Below, one piece after another: positions 36,818-46,105 of a stretch of DNA of 64,000 bases. Under the pieces are notes generated by a model that did no database searches, was not told the origin of the DNA, and was given only the letters and a program-made list of their open reading frames with translations. Position numbers and translations under genes: made by a program. Numbering within the stretch: position 1 is the stretch's first letter; every line of letters starts with the position of its first letter. The stretch comes from Candidatus Aegiribacteria sp. (GTDB lineage Bacteria; Fermentibacterota; Fermentibacteria; Fermentibacterales; JCC-6): NCBI GenBank assembly GCA_013138965.1, contig WTBT01000022.1, positions 7,459-71,458 on the forward strand, given 5' to 3'.

Positions 36818-38854
36818 ATGATCTTCCACGCGATTTCTTCAATACTGATATTCTTCATCTGGCGGATCACCGGCATGCCTTCTCCGGGACTTTTAGGAAG
36901 GCTCGTACCTCTATCCTGGATGATAACAGCCTTGGTGTACGGAAGGGGGGGAATTCCCCGGTTATCCGTTTATCTTCTGGCGGTTTTCACAGTATCTTCG
37001 CTGTTCTGGACAGCAGACCCGGGATTTGAGGTTATCTCAGCCGCATGCGGTCTGATGGGAATATTTCCCGGGTTGCAGGCCATTTCCTCCAGAAAATTCG
37101 GAATAGTGCTGGCTGTATTGCCATTGATTCCGATGATACTCCTTCTGGTTCCATTTACCGGTGACGAACCCCATTACGCCTCCATAACAGAAGATCTGAT
37201 CAGTACCGGAACAGGCAGGTTCAGTGCTTTTTCCACTCAGGCAGGTGATCCGCTGGAGAATTTCTCCCATCATCAGAGCCTGTATCCGGCACTGATGATA
37301 CCAGGATACGTCCTCTCAGTACCGGGTTTAAGGGGCATGAACATTCTATTCGCCATGGCGGCACTCCTGTTGATATCGATGATATTCAGGGATTCAGGTT
37401 TAAAGAACTGGAGACAGCTTACCGTACTCGGTTTTCTCCTTGTGCCGGGTTGCGGCATACTCGGGCTTGTATATCCGGGCTGGTTGGCTATGGCTGTTTT
37501 CCTCGCAGCTGTTTATGCCTCCATACGATCGAAAAGAAGTATCTGGGTAATTGCTGCTGCGATCATTCTAATACTTATTAAAATCCGTTTCATCGGTATC
37601 TCAATAGGACTACTTGCGGCGCTCGTAATTGAATCGAAAGGCAGAAGAAAACTCATACTCCCGGTAGCACTTGTCTGCCTTGCGGTTGCGGGATTACTCT
37701 TCGACCTTGTGATACTTGACGGACGGATATTCTGGGTTCGATACGGGAATATGGATTTTGTAAAAGTGATACTCCTGCAACCGCTGTACAGAACACCGGA
37801 AATACTCATAGCTGCCGCTTCATCACTTGTGGATATTGAAAGCGGCCTGCTCTGGAAGGCGCCATGGGTACTTGCCGGACTTGCCGGATTACCTCTTCTG
37901 AAAAAGGAGAACAGTAAACTTTTCATCTGGCTCGGTCTCCCGGCCCTGATTTATTTTCTTGTACTTATTTACTGGACCACAGCAAACTGGAGCGGTATGC
38001 CGACACCGGCTGGAAGGATGCTTCTACCACTCCTTCCGGTTTTACTCGCTTCCCTCGCGATTATGATGAAGAGAAAAGGTGTACGGATACTTGTCTGGGC
38101 ATCTCTTGCCATTTCCGCTGTATTATTTACTTATCCGCTGCTCAGGTTCAATCACGCTGACGGTACCGACGCGCTTGTAAGCCGGATATTCGGACACTTC
38201 AGCAATGTAACTGAATGGGTTCCCAGTGCGGTCAGGTTTTGCATTCCACTATTCGCCGGATGGATTGTAGTTGCAGTGGTCATGATCATCCTCCTTGCGC
38301 GGAAAAGCAGATATACGGAATACTTCTTTGCTTCAGCCTTCCTGGTGTTCTGCCTCTTTGGAGGGCTGGAGAAGAAATCATGGGAGGCTGAAGACCTTCC
38401 TTCGGAATACAGAAACTTCTGCAGCATATACCCGGATGAAACGGACCCTGAATCAAGGGTCTTCTGGTTCTTTTCGAGGGAGCGGATGCTCAGGATGTCA
38501 AGTCCGGATGATGCAGTTATCCTGCCTTTGCCGGAAACTGAGCAAGATTCGCTGAAACTGACAATACTCCACCGTTCGTTTCGCTCCGGACCGCCAGCGG
38601 GTATCGAAGTATCCTGCGGAGAGTGGCGTGATTCAGTGTACGCATCATCTGAAGTAATGGAAGCGCCCCAATGGGCGGTCATCATGAAGGATATCCAGCT
38701 TTCTTCAAGACCCGAGAACCTGCGGGAAATACGCACTGAATTCATTATCCCCGTCAGTGACTGCGCGGACAGCATCCGGATAGCGCCCCTTGGGGTGGAA
38801 GGCGGCAATTCAAGGTTTCGCGGAATCTATCTTGACAGGATACTTTTTAGGTAA
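36818..38854 (+). CDS. large polytopic membrane protein, possible GT-C-fold glycosyltransferase (ArnT/PMT-like)
   Basis: More than 12 predicted TM helices followed by a ~200-aa soluble C-terminal domain. ATG at 36818 within ORF 36725..38854. Confidence 0.45.
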   Translation: MIFHAISSILIFFIWRITGMPSPGLLGRLVPLSWMITALVYGRGGIPRLSVYLLAVFTVSSLFWTADPGFEVISAACGLMGIFPGLQAISSRKFGIVLAVLPLIPMILLLVPFTGDEPHYASITEDLISTGTGRFSAFSTQAGDPLENFSHHQSLYPALMIPGYVLSVPGLRGMNILFAMAALLLISMIFRDSGLKNWRQLTVLGFLLVPGCGILGLVYPGWLAMAVFLAAVYASIRSKRSIWVIAAAIILILIKIRFIGISIGLLAALVIESKGRRKLILPVALVCLAVAGLLFDLVILDGRIFWVRYGNMDFVKVILLQPLYRTPEILIAAASSLVDIESGLLWKAPWVLAGLAGLPLLKKENSKLFIWLGLPALIYFLVLIYWTTANWSGMPTPAGRMLLPLLPVLLASLAIMMKRKGVRILVWASLAISAVLFTYPLLRFNHADGTDALVSRIFGHFSNVTEWVPSAVRFCIPLFAGWIVVAVVMIILLARKSRYTEYFFASAFLVFCLFGGLEKKSWEAEDLPSEYRNFCSIYPDETDPESRVFWFFSRERMLRMSSPDDAVILPLPETEQDSLKLTILHRSFRSGPPAGIEVSCGEWRDSVYASSEVMEAPQWAVIMKDIQLSSRPENLREIRTEFIIPVSDCADSIRIAPLGVEGGNSRFRGIYLDRILFR

Positions 38855-38937
38855 ACACCTACGTACTTGCGAATATACCGGTACTTCTGCAATGTTTATC
38901 AGGACGCTGTTTAATAGGAGAAGTTGAAGGAGTTCAA

Positions 38938-40614
38938 TTGTCGAAGAAATTCATCATAGGTGTTGAGCTTCTGACAGGGCTTGTTATCGGAGCCGCTGCG
39001 GCGGTCGCGGCAGTATCCTTCATAATAGTATTTCTTGTAGATAAGAACCTTGCAGCTGAATCAGGTCATATGGCTACGGTAACAGCCTATGCAATAAGCA
39101 GATCGATCGATTCGTACGATACTGCGGGCGAGTTTGGAAATATTGTTGGCCCCCTCGTGCGAAGCGGAAGCCTTGAAGCTGCAGTGATAATTGATTCTTC
39201 AGGGAACATTATCGCCGAATCCGGACTTTCATCTGAGGACATGCCCGTACCGGGGGAGACCCGGGACTGGTACTTCGTACGGCAGGCCGGAAGTGATCTC
39301 CTTATAGGTGTCAGAGCAGGCAAGTCGTCGATTTCAATAATACACAGGACACTTTTAATCGGTCTCGCAGCGCTTACCGCAGCTCTGGCAGTTCTGGCTT
39401 TCTTCACACCCAGATACCTGGCCAGAACTGTAATTTCCCCGCTGAGGAAGATTCTGGTTGAGGCTGACCGCTTCAGCAGCGGAAGCGGAACCGATCCGGA
39501 AGCCGCTGGAGCCTCCTTTCACCGTCTTGTGGAACTTCTTCACGAAAGGGAACGGCAGCTTAACGAACTGAGGGAAAAGGCCGAACAGAGGGCTGAAATG
39601 GTGGAAGAAAGATCAGGCGCAATTCTATCGGTACTCGGATCGGCCGTATTAGCTATTGACGGAACAGGTAAGCTGTCACTCTTTAACAGGCAGTCAAAGG
39701 AGCTGTTCAGCCTTGGCGATGATGATATAAGGAAAGAATTTCCATGGGAGAGAACACCGGCGGGGCGTCAGCTGGAACTCATACTCCTTTCCATGACCAG
39801 GACGGGGAATACATCATCCGAATTCCAGATACTGGATGACGTTTCTAAATCCAATAGAATGTACAGTGTAGAAATTTCCCGATCAAGAGCTGATGAGATC
39901 GCTATCCTGGTTATCGATGTTACGAGAATAAGTGAACTGGAAAAAAGAATAGCAGACGAGACAGCCATGGCTGATATCGGAGCCGCGTCTGCCGGCATAT
40001 CGCATGAAATGGGAAACACACTCTGTGCTCTATCCGGATTTGTAGATCTTCTTGCCAGAGGGCATTCGGACGAAAGGACACTGAATATCCTGTCAGAAGT
40101 AAAAAGGGAAGTTGATTCAGCCCAGGACAGGATAAATTCCCTGGGAAATTTCGCCAGATCCCCCGAACCTGTTTCCTCTAACCTGGGCAGGGATGATATT
40201 CTCTCCATATGCAGGGAAGCCTGCAGGCTGGATACTGACAGATGCTCCGTAGAAGCCTCAGTTGATGATCTGTCAATCAAAGCTGACAGAAGGCTTCTGG
40301 GATCATGTATCTGCAATGTCCTGAAGAACGCGATCGAAGCTGATTCATCTTCAGCTGTGGAGATATCAATAGGAAGGAATGATAAAAATCTCATAATATC
40401 AGTTGCGGATACGGGGCCAGGTCTTTCCCTGGACAGGGAAGAGGTATTCAGACCCTTCAGAACGACAAAGAACAGAAGCAGCGGCAATATGGGGCTCGGT
40501 CTTTCCGTCAGCAGGAGAATTATAAGATCCATGGGCGGCGAACTCAGCGGTGAGAACAGAACAGAAGGCGGTGCCCTGTTCGCGATTATGCTCCCGCTTC
40601 AGCGAAGGAGGTAA
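38938..40614 (+). CDS. sensor histidine kinase (TM sensor, PAS-like, HisKA, HATPase_c)
   Basis: H-box 'ISHEMGNTLCAL' and G-boxes 'DTGPGLS..', 'GLGLSVSRRII'. TTG start preceded by an AAGGAG Shine-Dalgarno. Confidence 0.85.
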   Translation: MSKKFIIGVELLTGLVIGAAAAVAAVSFIIVFLVDKNLAAESGHMATVTAYAISRSIDSYDTAGEFGNIVGPLVRSGSLEAAVIIDSSGNIIAESGLSSEDMPVPGETRDWYFVRQAGSDLLIGVRAGKSSISIIHRTLLIGLAALTAALAVLAFFTPRYLARTVISPLRKILVEADRFSSGSGTDPEAAGASFHRLVELLHERERQLNELREKAEQRAEMVEERSGAILSVLGSAVLAIDGTGKLSLFNRQSKELFSLGDDDIRKEFPWERTPAGRQLELILLSMTRTGNTSSEFQILDDVSKSNRMYSVEISRSRADEIAILVIDVTRISELEKRIADETAMADIGAASAGISHEMGNTLCALSGFVDLLARGHSDERTLNILSEVKREVDSAQDRINSLGNFARSPEPVSSNLGRDDILSICREACRLDTDRCSVEASVDDLSIKADRRLLGSCICNVLKNAIEADSSSAVEISIGRNDKNLIISVADTGPGLSLDREEVFRPFRTTKNRSSGNMGLGLSVSRRIIRSMGGELSGENRTEGGALFAIMLPLQRRR

Positions 40615-40619
40615 ATGAT

Positions 40620-41891
40620 ATAGAAAGAATTCTGCTTATCGAAGACAAACGGGCCATGCGTAATATGCTCACAACAGCCCTTCAGGAAGATGGGTGGGAT
40701 GTAACCGCTGTATCTTCGGGAACGGAAGCCCTGAAGAAGATCGAGGGTGGCGGTTTCGATATTCTGCTGAGTGATATATGTCTTCCCGGAAATACAGGCG
40801 GGATGGATATCCTCAGAAAATCCAGGGAATTCAGTCACTGGACACCTGTGATTCTCATGACAGCCTTCGGTACTGTTAACCTTGCGGTTGAGGCAATGAA
40901 GGAGGGGGCAAGGGATTTTATAACCAAACCCTTCGATCTTGATGAACTCCTTTCACTGCTCCGAAGGTTTGTGCATTCGTCAGGTACCGATATCATAGGG
41001 TCTTCTTCGTCACTGCTTTACACATTAAGGAGGGCTTCAAAGGGCTCTGAGACCGACCTGAATATTCTTGTGCTGGGCGAAAGCGGAACCGGAAAGGAAC
41101 TTCTGGCGAGAATGATCCATCGGGAAAGCAGATGTTCGGATGGACCCTTTGTGCCTGTTAATTGCGCCGCGATACCGGCTGACCTGATGGAGAGTGAACT
41201 CTTCGGAGCTGAAAAGGGCGCCTACACAGGTGCAGACCGAAAAAGGGCCGGCAGGTTCGAGCATGCTCAGGGAGGAACCATCTTCCTTGATGAGGTTGGA
41301 GACCTTAACACTTCACTGCAGGGTAAACTTCTCAGAGTACTTCAGGAAAGGGAGTATACCAGAGTCGGAGGGGCAGAAATCTTACATACCAATGCCAGGG
41401 TCATCTCAGCAAGCAACAGAGAACTCAAGGAGGAAACCGAAGCGGGCAGATTCAGAAAGGATCTCTACTTCAGAATAGGGGAGTTTCCGGTTACCCTTTC
41501 CCCTCTTCGCGAAAGGGTGGAAGACATACCCGATCTGGTCATGCACTTTCTAAGACAGTCCGGTCACCGCGAAGTAATCGTTACAGAGGATGCGATGATC
41601 AAGCTTAAGGGATACCGTTGGCCGGGAAATATCAGACAATTGAGAAGCATCGTGCTAAGGGCGGCGGCCCTTACGGATGACAGGATCATCGATGCCGCGA
41701 TACTTGAGATCGATGATGCGGCATCCGCTGAGGGGCTCCTTGAGGAATCCGCGAGGGCAGCGAAGCTTCGCGAAACGGAAATGATAAGAAGAGCGCTGAA
41801 GGAAACCGGTGGAAACAGGAAAAAGGCCGCTTTGATACTGAAGGTCAGCTACAGAACTCTGCTTTCGAGGCTTAAGGAACTGGATATCTGA
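40620..41891 (+). CDS. sigma-54-dependent response regulator (NtrC family: REC, AAA+, HTH_8)
   Basis: REC 'RILLIEDKRAMRNML..DILLSDICLPG', AAA+ 'VLGESGTGKELLAR', 'ESELFGAEKGAYTGA', GAFTGA-like 'GAYTGA', C-terminal HTH 'TGGNRKKAALILKVSYRTLLSRL'. The first ATG at 40656 is after the first REC beta-strand. The frame is open from ATA at 40620, preceded by a GAAGGAGG Shine-Dalgarno. Confidence 0.8.
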   Translation: MERILLIEDKRAMRNMLTTALQEDGWDVTAVSSGTEALKKIEGGGFDILLSDICLPGNTGGMDILRKSREFSHWTPVILMTAFGTVNLAVEAMKEGARDFITKPFDLDELLSLLRRFVHSSGTDIIGSSSSLLYTLRRASKGSETDLNILVLGESGTGKELLARMIHRESRCSDGPFVPVNCAAIPADLMESELFGAEKGAYTGADRKRAGRFEHAQGGTIFLDEVGDLNTSLQGKLLRVLQEREYTRVGGAEILHTNARVISASNRELKEETEAGRFRKDLYFRIGEFPVTLSPLRERVEDIPDLVMHFLRQSGHREVIVTEDAMIKLKGYRWPGNIRQLRSIVLRAAALTDDRIIDAAILEIDDAASAEGLLEESARAAKLRETEMIRRALKETGGNRKKAALILKVSYRTLLSRLKELDI

Positions 41892-42027
41892 GGCCCCCTT
41901 CGCGGCTGTTGTTTTGCGGAATCCCATGAAATATAATTGAGCGCTGTTCAGGCAATATTTTGAATTCATCTTTATGATGCACATTCCTTAATCCGAGTAT
42001 GAACAGGTAAAGGAGATCTCTCTTACA

Positions 42028-43953
42028 GTGACAAGAAAAATGGAGGAGATGACAGCCTCCGATTATGAAGCAATCGGACTTCGCAGCGGGCTGGAGATAC
42101 ATCAGCAGATAGATACTGAAAAGAAACTCTTCTGCCGCTGCCCGGTACTCCCGTACTCTGACGTTTACGATGCTCAGATACTCCGCCATATGAGGCCGAC
42201 CCTTTCAGAACTTGGTGAATACGACGGTACCGCTCTTATGGAGTTCAAAACAAGAAAGAATATTACATATCAGATAAACAGTGATACTATATGTACTTAC
42301 GAAATGGATGATAACCCTCCTTTTGAATTGAACCCACAGGCTCTGGATATTGCCCTTGAGATAACGATGCTGCTTAATTGCAAGCTTGTGAGTGAGGCTC
42401 ACATATTAAGGAAGCAGTACCTTGACGGATCAATACCTGCCGGCTTTCAGAGAACCACACTTCTGGGAGTGGACGGCTGGGTTCCCTTTGGGAACAGGCG
42501 CATAAACATCATCCAGCTTGGACTGGAGGAGGATGCCTGCCGGGAAGTGAGCGATTCTGGGCACGAACGTGTCTACCTGACGGACAGGCTTGGAATACCT
42601 CTGATAGAGACGGTAACAGCTCCCGATATGACTACACCGCATGAAGTGGCTCAGGTAGCCGTTATCCTGAGCAATCTGGCTCGTGCTTCCGGCAAAGTCC
42701 GCAGAGGGATCGGCGCCGCGAGACAGGACGTGAACGTCTCTGTAACGGGCGGGTGCCGTGTGGAGATAAAAGGTGTTTCACGGATTCCCGCGATACCGCT
42801 GCTTGTCCATAACGAAGCCTTCAGACAGGTGTCTCTGCTTGAAATAAAGCGGGAGCTGTCCAGGAGGGGAATAACCGATTCAACCTTCAGTTCAGAGTAC
42901 TTCGATGTAACACGGGAAATCGCGGGAACTTCCTCCAGATACGCTGTAACAGCGTTGAAGAGGGGGTTTGAACTGCGGGCAGTTGTACTGAGGGGATATC
43001 GGGGATTGCTCTCCACGGTTACCCAGCCCGGTCATACTTTTGCCCGCGAGATATCCGACAGAGTCCGTGTGGTCGCATGTCTGGACGACCTTCCAAATAT
43101 CGTTCACGATGGAGAAGAAGGTGACAGTTTCTCTGATAACGAGTGGGAGATTATAAGAAAGAAAACCGGCGCAGATTCGGAAGATGCCATTGTTGTTGTC
43201 TGGGGATCCGCTGAAGATATTGAAACTGCGGTCAGTGAAATAACCCTGCGGGCAAAAGATGCCATTGATGGAGTCTGCAGTGAAACAAGGCAGTCGCTTC
43301 CCGATGGTACGAACGGATTCGAGAGAATACTGCCCGGGCCGAACAGAATGTATCCTGACACTGACCTCCCGCCCATCGTCATTACAGAGGAAATGATAGA
43401 ACGTATCGGATCTGCGCTCCCTGAAAGACCCTGGGAACGCGCGGAGCGGTACGTTGCCGCAGGTGTGCCTAATGAAACCGCCCGCCAGATGAGCATTTCT
43501 GATATGAGATTCCTGTACGATTCCGCCGCTGCGAAGTGTAACTATTCTCCACGGGTTCTCATGCACTTTTTCTTGAGCACCCTGCAGCATCTTAAGAAGA
43601 GTGGAAGGATTCCCGGATTGACAGAAGAGAGTTTGATAGAAGTACTCGAAAAAGCCGGAAAGCAGAACCTTTCAATCGAAGCTGCAGCTTTCATTATTGA
43701 GAGAGTATGCGGATACGATCGAACCGGGATTGATATCGTGATAAAGAACCTGAAAATTCCCGGCAGGAAAGAACTGGAAGATGCTGCCGGCAGCCTGATG
43801 GAGGCGGCGGGTAACTTCGATTCCCTTCTGCTGGAGCAATATCTTACCGGGAAGGTAAGGGGCAGGTTCAATGGCATAGCCGGTGGCAAAGATGTAATAG
43901 AAGTGGTTCGCAACGTAATCCTTTCACGAGCTGGTAATTCTGGCAGGAGGTGA
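42028..43953 (+). CDS. gatE: archaeal-type Glu-tRNA(Gln) amidotransferase subunit E (GatE)
   Basis: 'GLEIHQQIDTEKKLFCRCP...MRPTLSELGEYDGTAL' and overall length of about 640 aa match GatE, not bacterial GatB. Confidence 0.8.
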   Translation: MTRKMEEMTASDYEAIGLRSGLEIHQQIDTEKKLFCRCPVLPYSDVYDAQILRHMRPTLSELGEYDGTALMEFKTRKNITYQINSDTICTYEMDDNPPFELNPQALDIALEITMLLNCKLVSEAHILRKQYLDGSIPAGFQRTTLLGVDGWVPFGNRRINIIQLGLEEDACREVSDSGHERVYLTDRLGIPLIETVTAPDMTTPHEVAQVAVILSNLARASGKVRRGIGAARQDVNVSVTGGCRVEIKGVSRIPAIPLLVHNEAFRQVSLLEIKRELSRRGITDSTFSSEYFDVTREIAGTSSRYAVTALKRGFELRAVVLRGYRGLLSTVTQPGHTFAREISDRVRVVACLDDLPNIVHDGEEGDSFSDNEWEIIRKKTGADSEDAIVVVWGSAEDIETAVSEITLRAKDAIDGVCSETRQSLPDGTNGFERILPGPNRMYPDTDLPPIVITEEMIERIGSALPERPWERAERYVAAGVPNETARQMSISDMRFLYDSAAAKCNYSPRVLMHFFLSTLQHLKKSGRIPGLTEESLIEVLEKAGKQNLSIEAAAFIIERVCGYDRTGIDIVIKNLKIPGRKELEDAAGSLMEAAGNFDSLLLEQYLTGKVRGRFNGIAGGKDVIEVVRNVILSRAGNSGRR

Positions 43954-43959
43954 TCCAAA

Positions 43960-45345
43960 CTGTCTTCCGATCTTTACAAAGGCTATAGGGGCAAAAGCCT
44001 GGAATGCCTGAAGAAATTCTGTGTCGGCGTATGGTCAGACGTTGATATCAAATCAACCAGAGGGGGCTTCAAGGGTGTCATTCTCCCCAGGTCGGAAACT
44101 GCAGATGATACTCACATAGTATTGAAGATCCACAACGGTTACAATGTAGGCCTGGGCGTAGATACCATAGAGTCCATTACAGAATTGGGAAGAAATGAAG
44201 CCCATTACAAGATCCCTGAGAAGGAATTCCCATTCGATCCTTCCAAGCCGAATGTAAAACTCTTTGGAACGGGGGGCACCATAGCTTCAAGGCTGGATTA
44301 CAGGACCGGTGCGGTAATCCCCGCCTTTTCTCCCGGAGAGCTTTACGGTTCGGTACCTGAACTGGCAGACATATGCAACCTTAAAACGGAGAAGCTCTAT
44401 GGAGTCTTCAGTGAGAATATGGGGCCTGATCAGTGGAAGGGAACGGCAGAAGCGATAGGGGAAGAAATAGCAAACGGTGTTGACGGTATCGTCATTGGGC
44501 ATGGAACCGATACTATGCACCATACAGCCGCTGTTCTTTCATTCATGGTTCAGGATTCACCGGTTCCTATCGTAATGGTCGGTTCCCAGAGATCAAGCGA
44601 CCGGCCTTCCAGCGATGCGGCAATAAACCTCATGAATGCCACTTATGCCGCTTCCCATAGCGATATTGCAGAAGTTATGGTCTGTATGTTCGGGCCCACA
44701 AGTGATCAGTACGGACTTCTTCACAGGGGAACAAGGGTCAGAAAGATGCACTCCTCCTACAGATCCACATTCAGGACTATCGGAGATATACCGCTGGCAA
44801 TGGTTGAAAATGGAAAAATCACACATCTGAAAAATGACTATAAAAAGAGAAGAAAAGACCGAAAGGTGAATATCAATACCGCTTTCGATCCAAGGGTATC
44901 AATCGTGTATTACTACCCTGACATGAAACCCGATATCATAGAATCGCTTATCGATAACGGGTACAAGGGAATAGTTATCGCAGGTACGGGATTAGGACAT
45001 GTTAACAAGCCTCTCTATCCTGTTCTTAAGAAGGCCTGTGAACAGGGTATACACATATACATGACAGTTCAGACACTTTGGGGATACGTACAGATGTTCG
45101 TGTACGACACCGGGCGTGATATCATGGAACTTGGCGTAATCCCGGCATCGAACATGCTTCCTGAAGTAGCATACGTGAAACTGTGCTGGGCACTTGGACA
45201 GAGTCATGACAGCGAAGAAGTCAAGAAGATCATGCTTACCCCGATAGCCGGCGAGATCACGGAGAGGGAGCCACACAACGGGTATCTTATACTCCAGGGC
45301 GGTATTCCCGAAGTTGAAGAGTTCATAAGCAGGTACAAAAGATAG
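43960..45345 (+). CDS. gatD: archaeal-type Glu-tRNA(Gln) amidotransferase subunit D (GatD, asparaginase-like)
   Basis: Asparaginase-fold 'LFGTGGTIAS', 'GIVIGHGTDTM'. The GatD-specific N-domain '..GVILP..DDTHIVLKIHNGYNVGLGVDTIESI' is encoded upstream of the TTG at 44122, in frame from a CTG at 43960 right after AGGAGGTGATCC. Confidence 0.75.
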   Translation: MSSDLYKGYRGKSLECLKKFCVGVWSDVDIKSTRGGFKGVILPRSETADDTHIVLKIHNGYNVGLGVDTIESITELGRNEAHYKIPEKEFPFDPSKPNVKLFGTGGTIASRLDYRTGAVIPAFSPGELYGSVPELADICNLKTEKLYGVFSENMGPDQWKGTAEAIGEEIANGVDGIVIGHGTDTMHHTAAVLSFMVQDSPVPIVMVGSQRSSDRPSSDAAINLMNATYAASHSDIAEVMVCMFGPTSDQYGLLHRGTRVRKMHSSYRSTFRTIGDIPLAMVENGKITHLKNDYKKRRKDRKVNINTAFDPRVSIVYYYPDMKPDIIESLIDNGYKGIVIAGTGLGHVNKPLYPVLKKACEQGIHIYMTVQTLWGYVQMFVYDTGRDIMELGVIPASNMLPEVAYVKLCWALGQSHDSEEVKKIMLTPIAGEITEREPHNGYLILQGGIPEVEEFISRYKR

Positions 45346-45548
45346 GTAAGAAGATCGGAACGGAGGATGCTGCGCTTAATCTGCGGTTGACCCGACCCTT
45401 CTGGAACAATATTATTGTTTTGTGATAAATATTTTTGTTATTGCTTCGCTGTTCAGGATATGCCCAAATCGCATATGCGGAACAGTATTTTTTGTACATG
45501 TTCATCCTTGCAATTGAAAAATTGATACCTACCCGAAGGGAGTTCCAA

Positions 45549-46091
45549 ATGAACATTGAAATCAGTGGAAGACACTTTGACCTGACAGATGCTCTTAAAC
45601 AGCATGTTGAACATAAATTAAGAACCATAGACAGGTTCTATGATGGTATAAAGGATGTCCACGTGATACTGGAAGTAACCTCGGGAACCAATCACGTTCA
45701 TATACAGATGAGAGGAAATCACATCAAACTTGATTCCAAGTCGAAATCCCATGATATCTATTCGGCTTTCGACGACGCATTTGACTCACTTGAGAGCCAG
45801 GTCAGGAAATTCAAGGACAAGATGCATAATCATCCTCACAGGAATAATTCAAACGGCACCTCTCTGAGTTACTACCATGCTGCTGAGGAATCGGAGTTTC
45901 AGGACGGTATTCTGATTGATGACGCAAAAAGAATACCGAGGTTGAAAACTGAAAACGCTATAATGAATTACGAGATTGAGCAGAAAGGTAATTATGTGTT
46001 CCAGAACACGGAAACCGGTAAACTCAGTGTTGTATATTCAACATCCAGCGGCACAACACAGGTTGTAGAACTGGTAAGAGAACAGAAATAA
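45549..46091 (+). CDS. hpf: ribosome hibernation promoting factor (long HPF)
   Basis: 'MNIEISGRHFDLTDALKQHVEHKL' S30AE/HPF N-domain plus C-terminal dimerisation domain. Confidence 0.85.
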   Translation: MNIEISGRHFDLTDALKQHVEHKLRTIDRFYDGIKDVHVILEVTSGTNHVHIQMRGNHIKLDSKSKSHDIYSAFDDAFDSLESQVRKFKDKMHNHPHRNNSNGTSLSYYHAAEESEFQDGILIDDAKRIPRLKTENAIMNYEIEQKGNYVFQNTETGKLSVVYSTSSGTTQVVELVREQK

Positions 46092-46105
46092 CGGAGTAAA
46101 TCCTG

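Noticed and set aside
38152-38808. 218-aa minus-strand ORF
   Set aside because: Antisense to the large membrane protein gene. No motifs.
39768-40532. 254-aa minus-strand ORF
   Set aside because: Antisense to the histidine kinase, whose HisKA/HATPase motifs fix the coding strand.
42892-43590. 232-aa minus-strand ORF
   Set aside because: Antisense to gatE.
43951-43953. Alternative genetic code (TGA as sense codon) to explain the in-frame gatE-TGA-gatD
   Set aside because: TGA terminates several conserved genes in this window (ECF sigma, GT9, GT4-B), and long conserved genes (mutS, topA, ptsI) contain no in-frame TGA. The standard code is used.
45346-45548. Sigma54 promoter upstream of hpf (TGGAAC...TTGT)
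   Set aside because: Spacing between the GG and the would-be GC is off by 2 and the -12 element is TTGT, not TTGC. Similar weak matches upstream of 5792 and 38938 were also not convincing.
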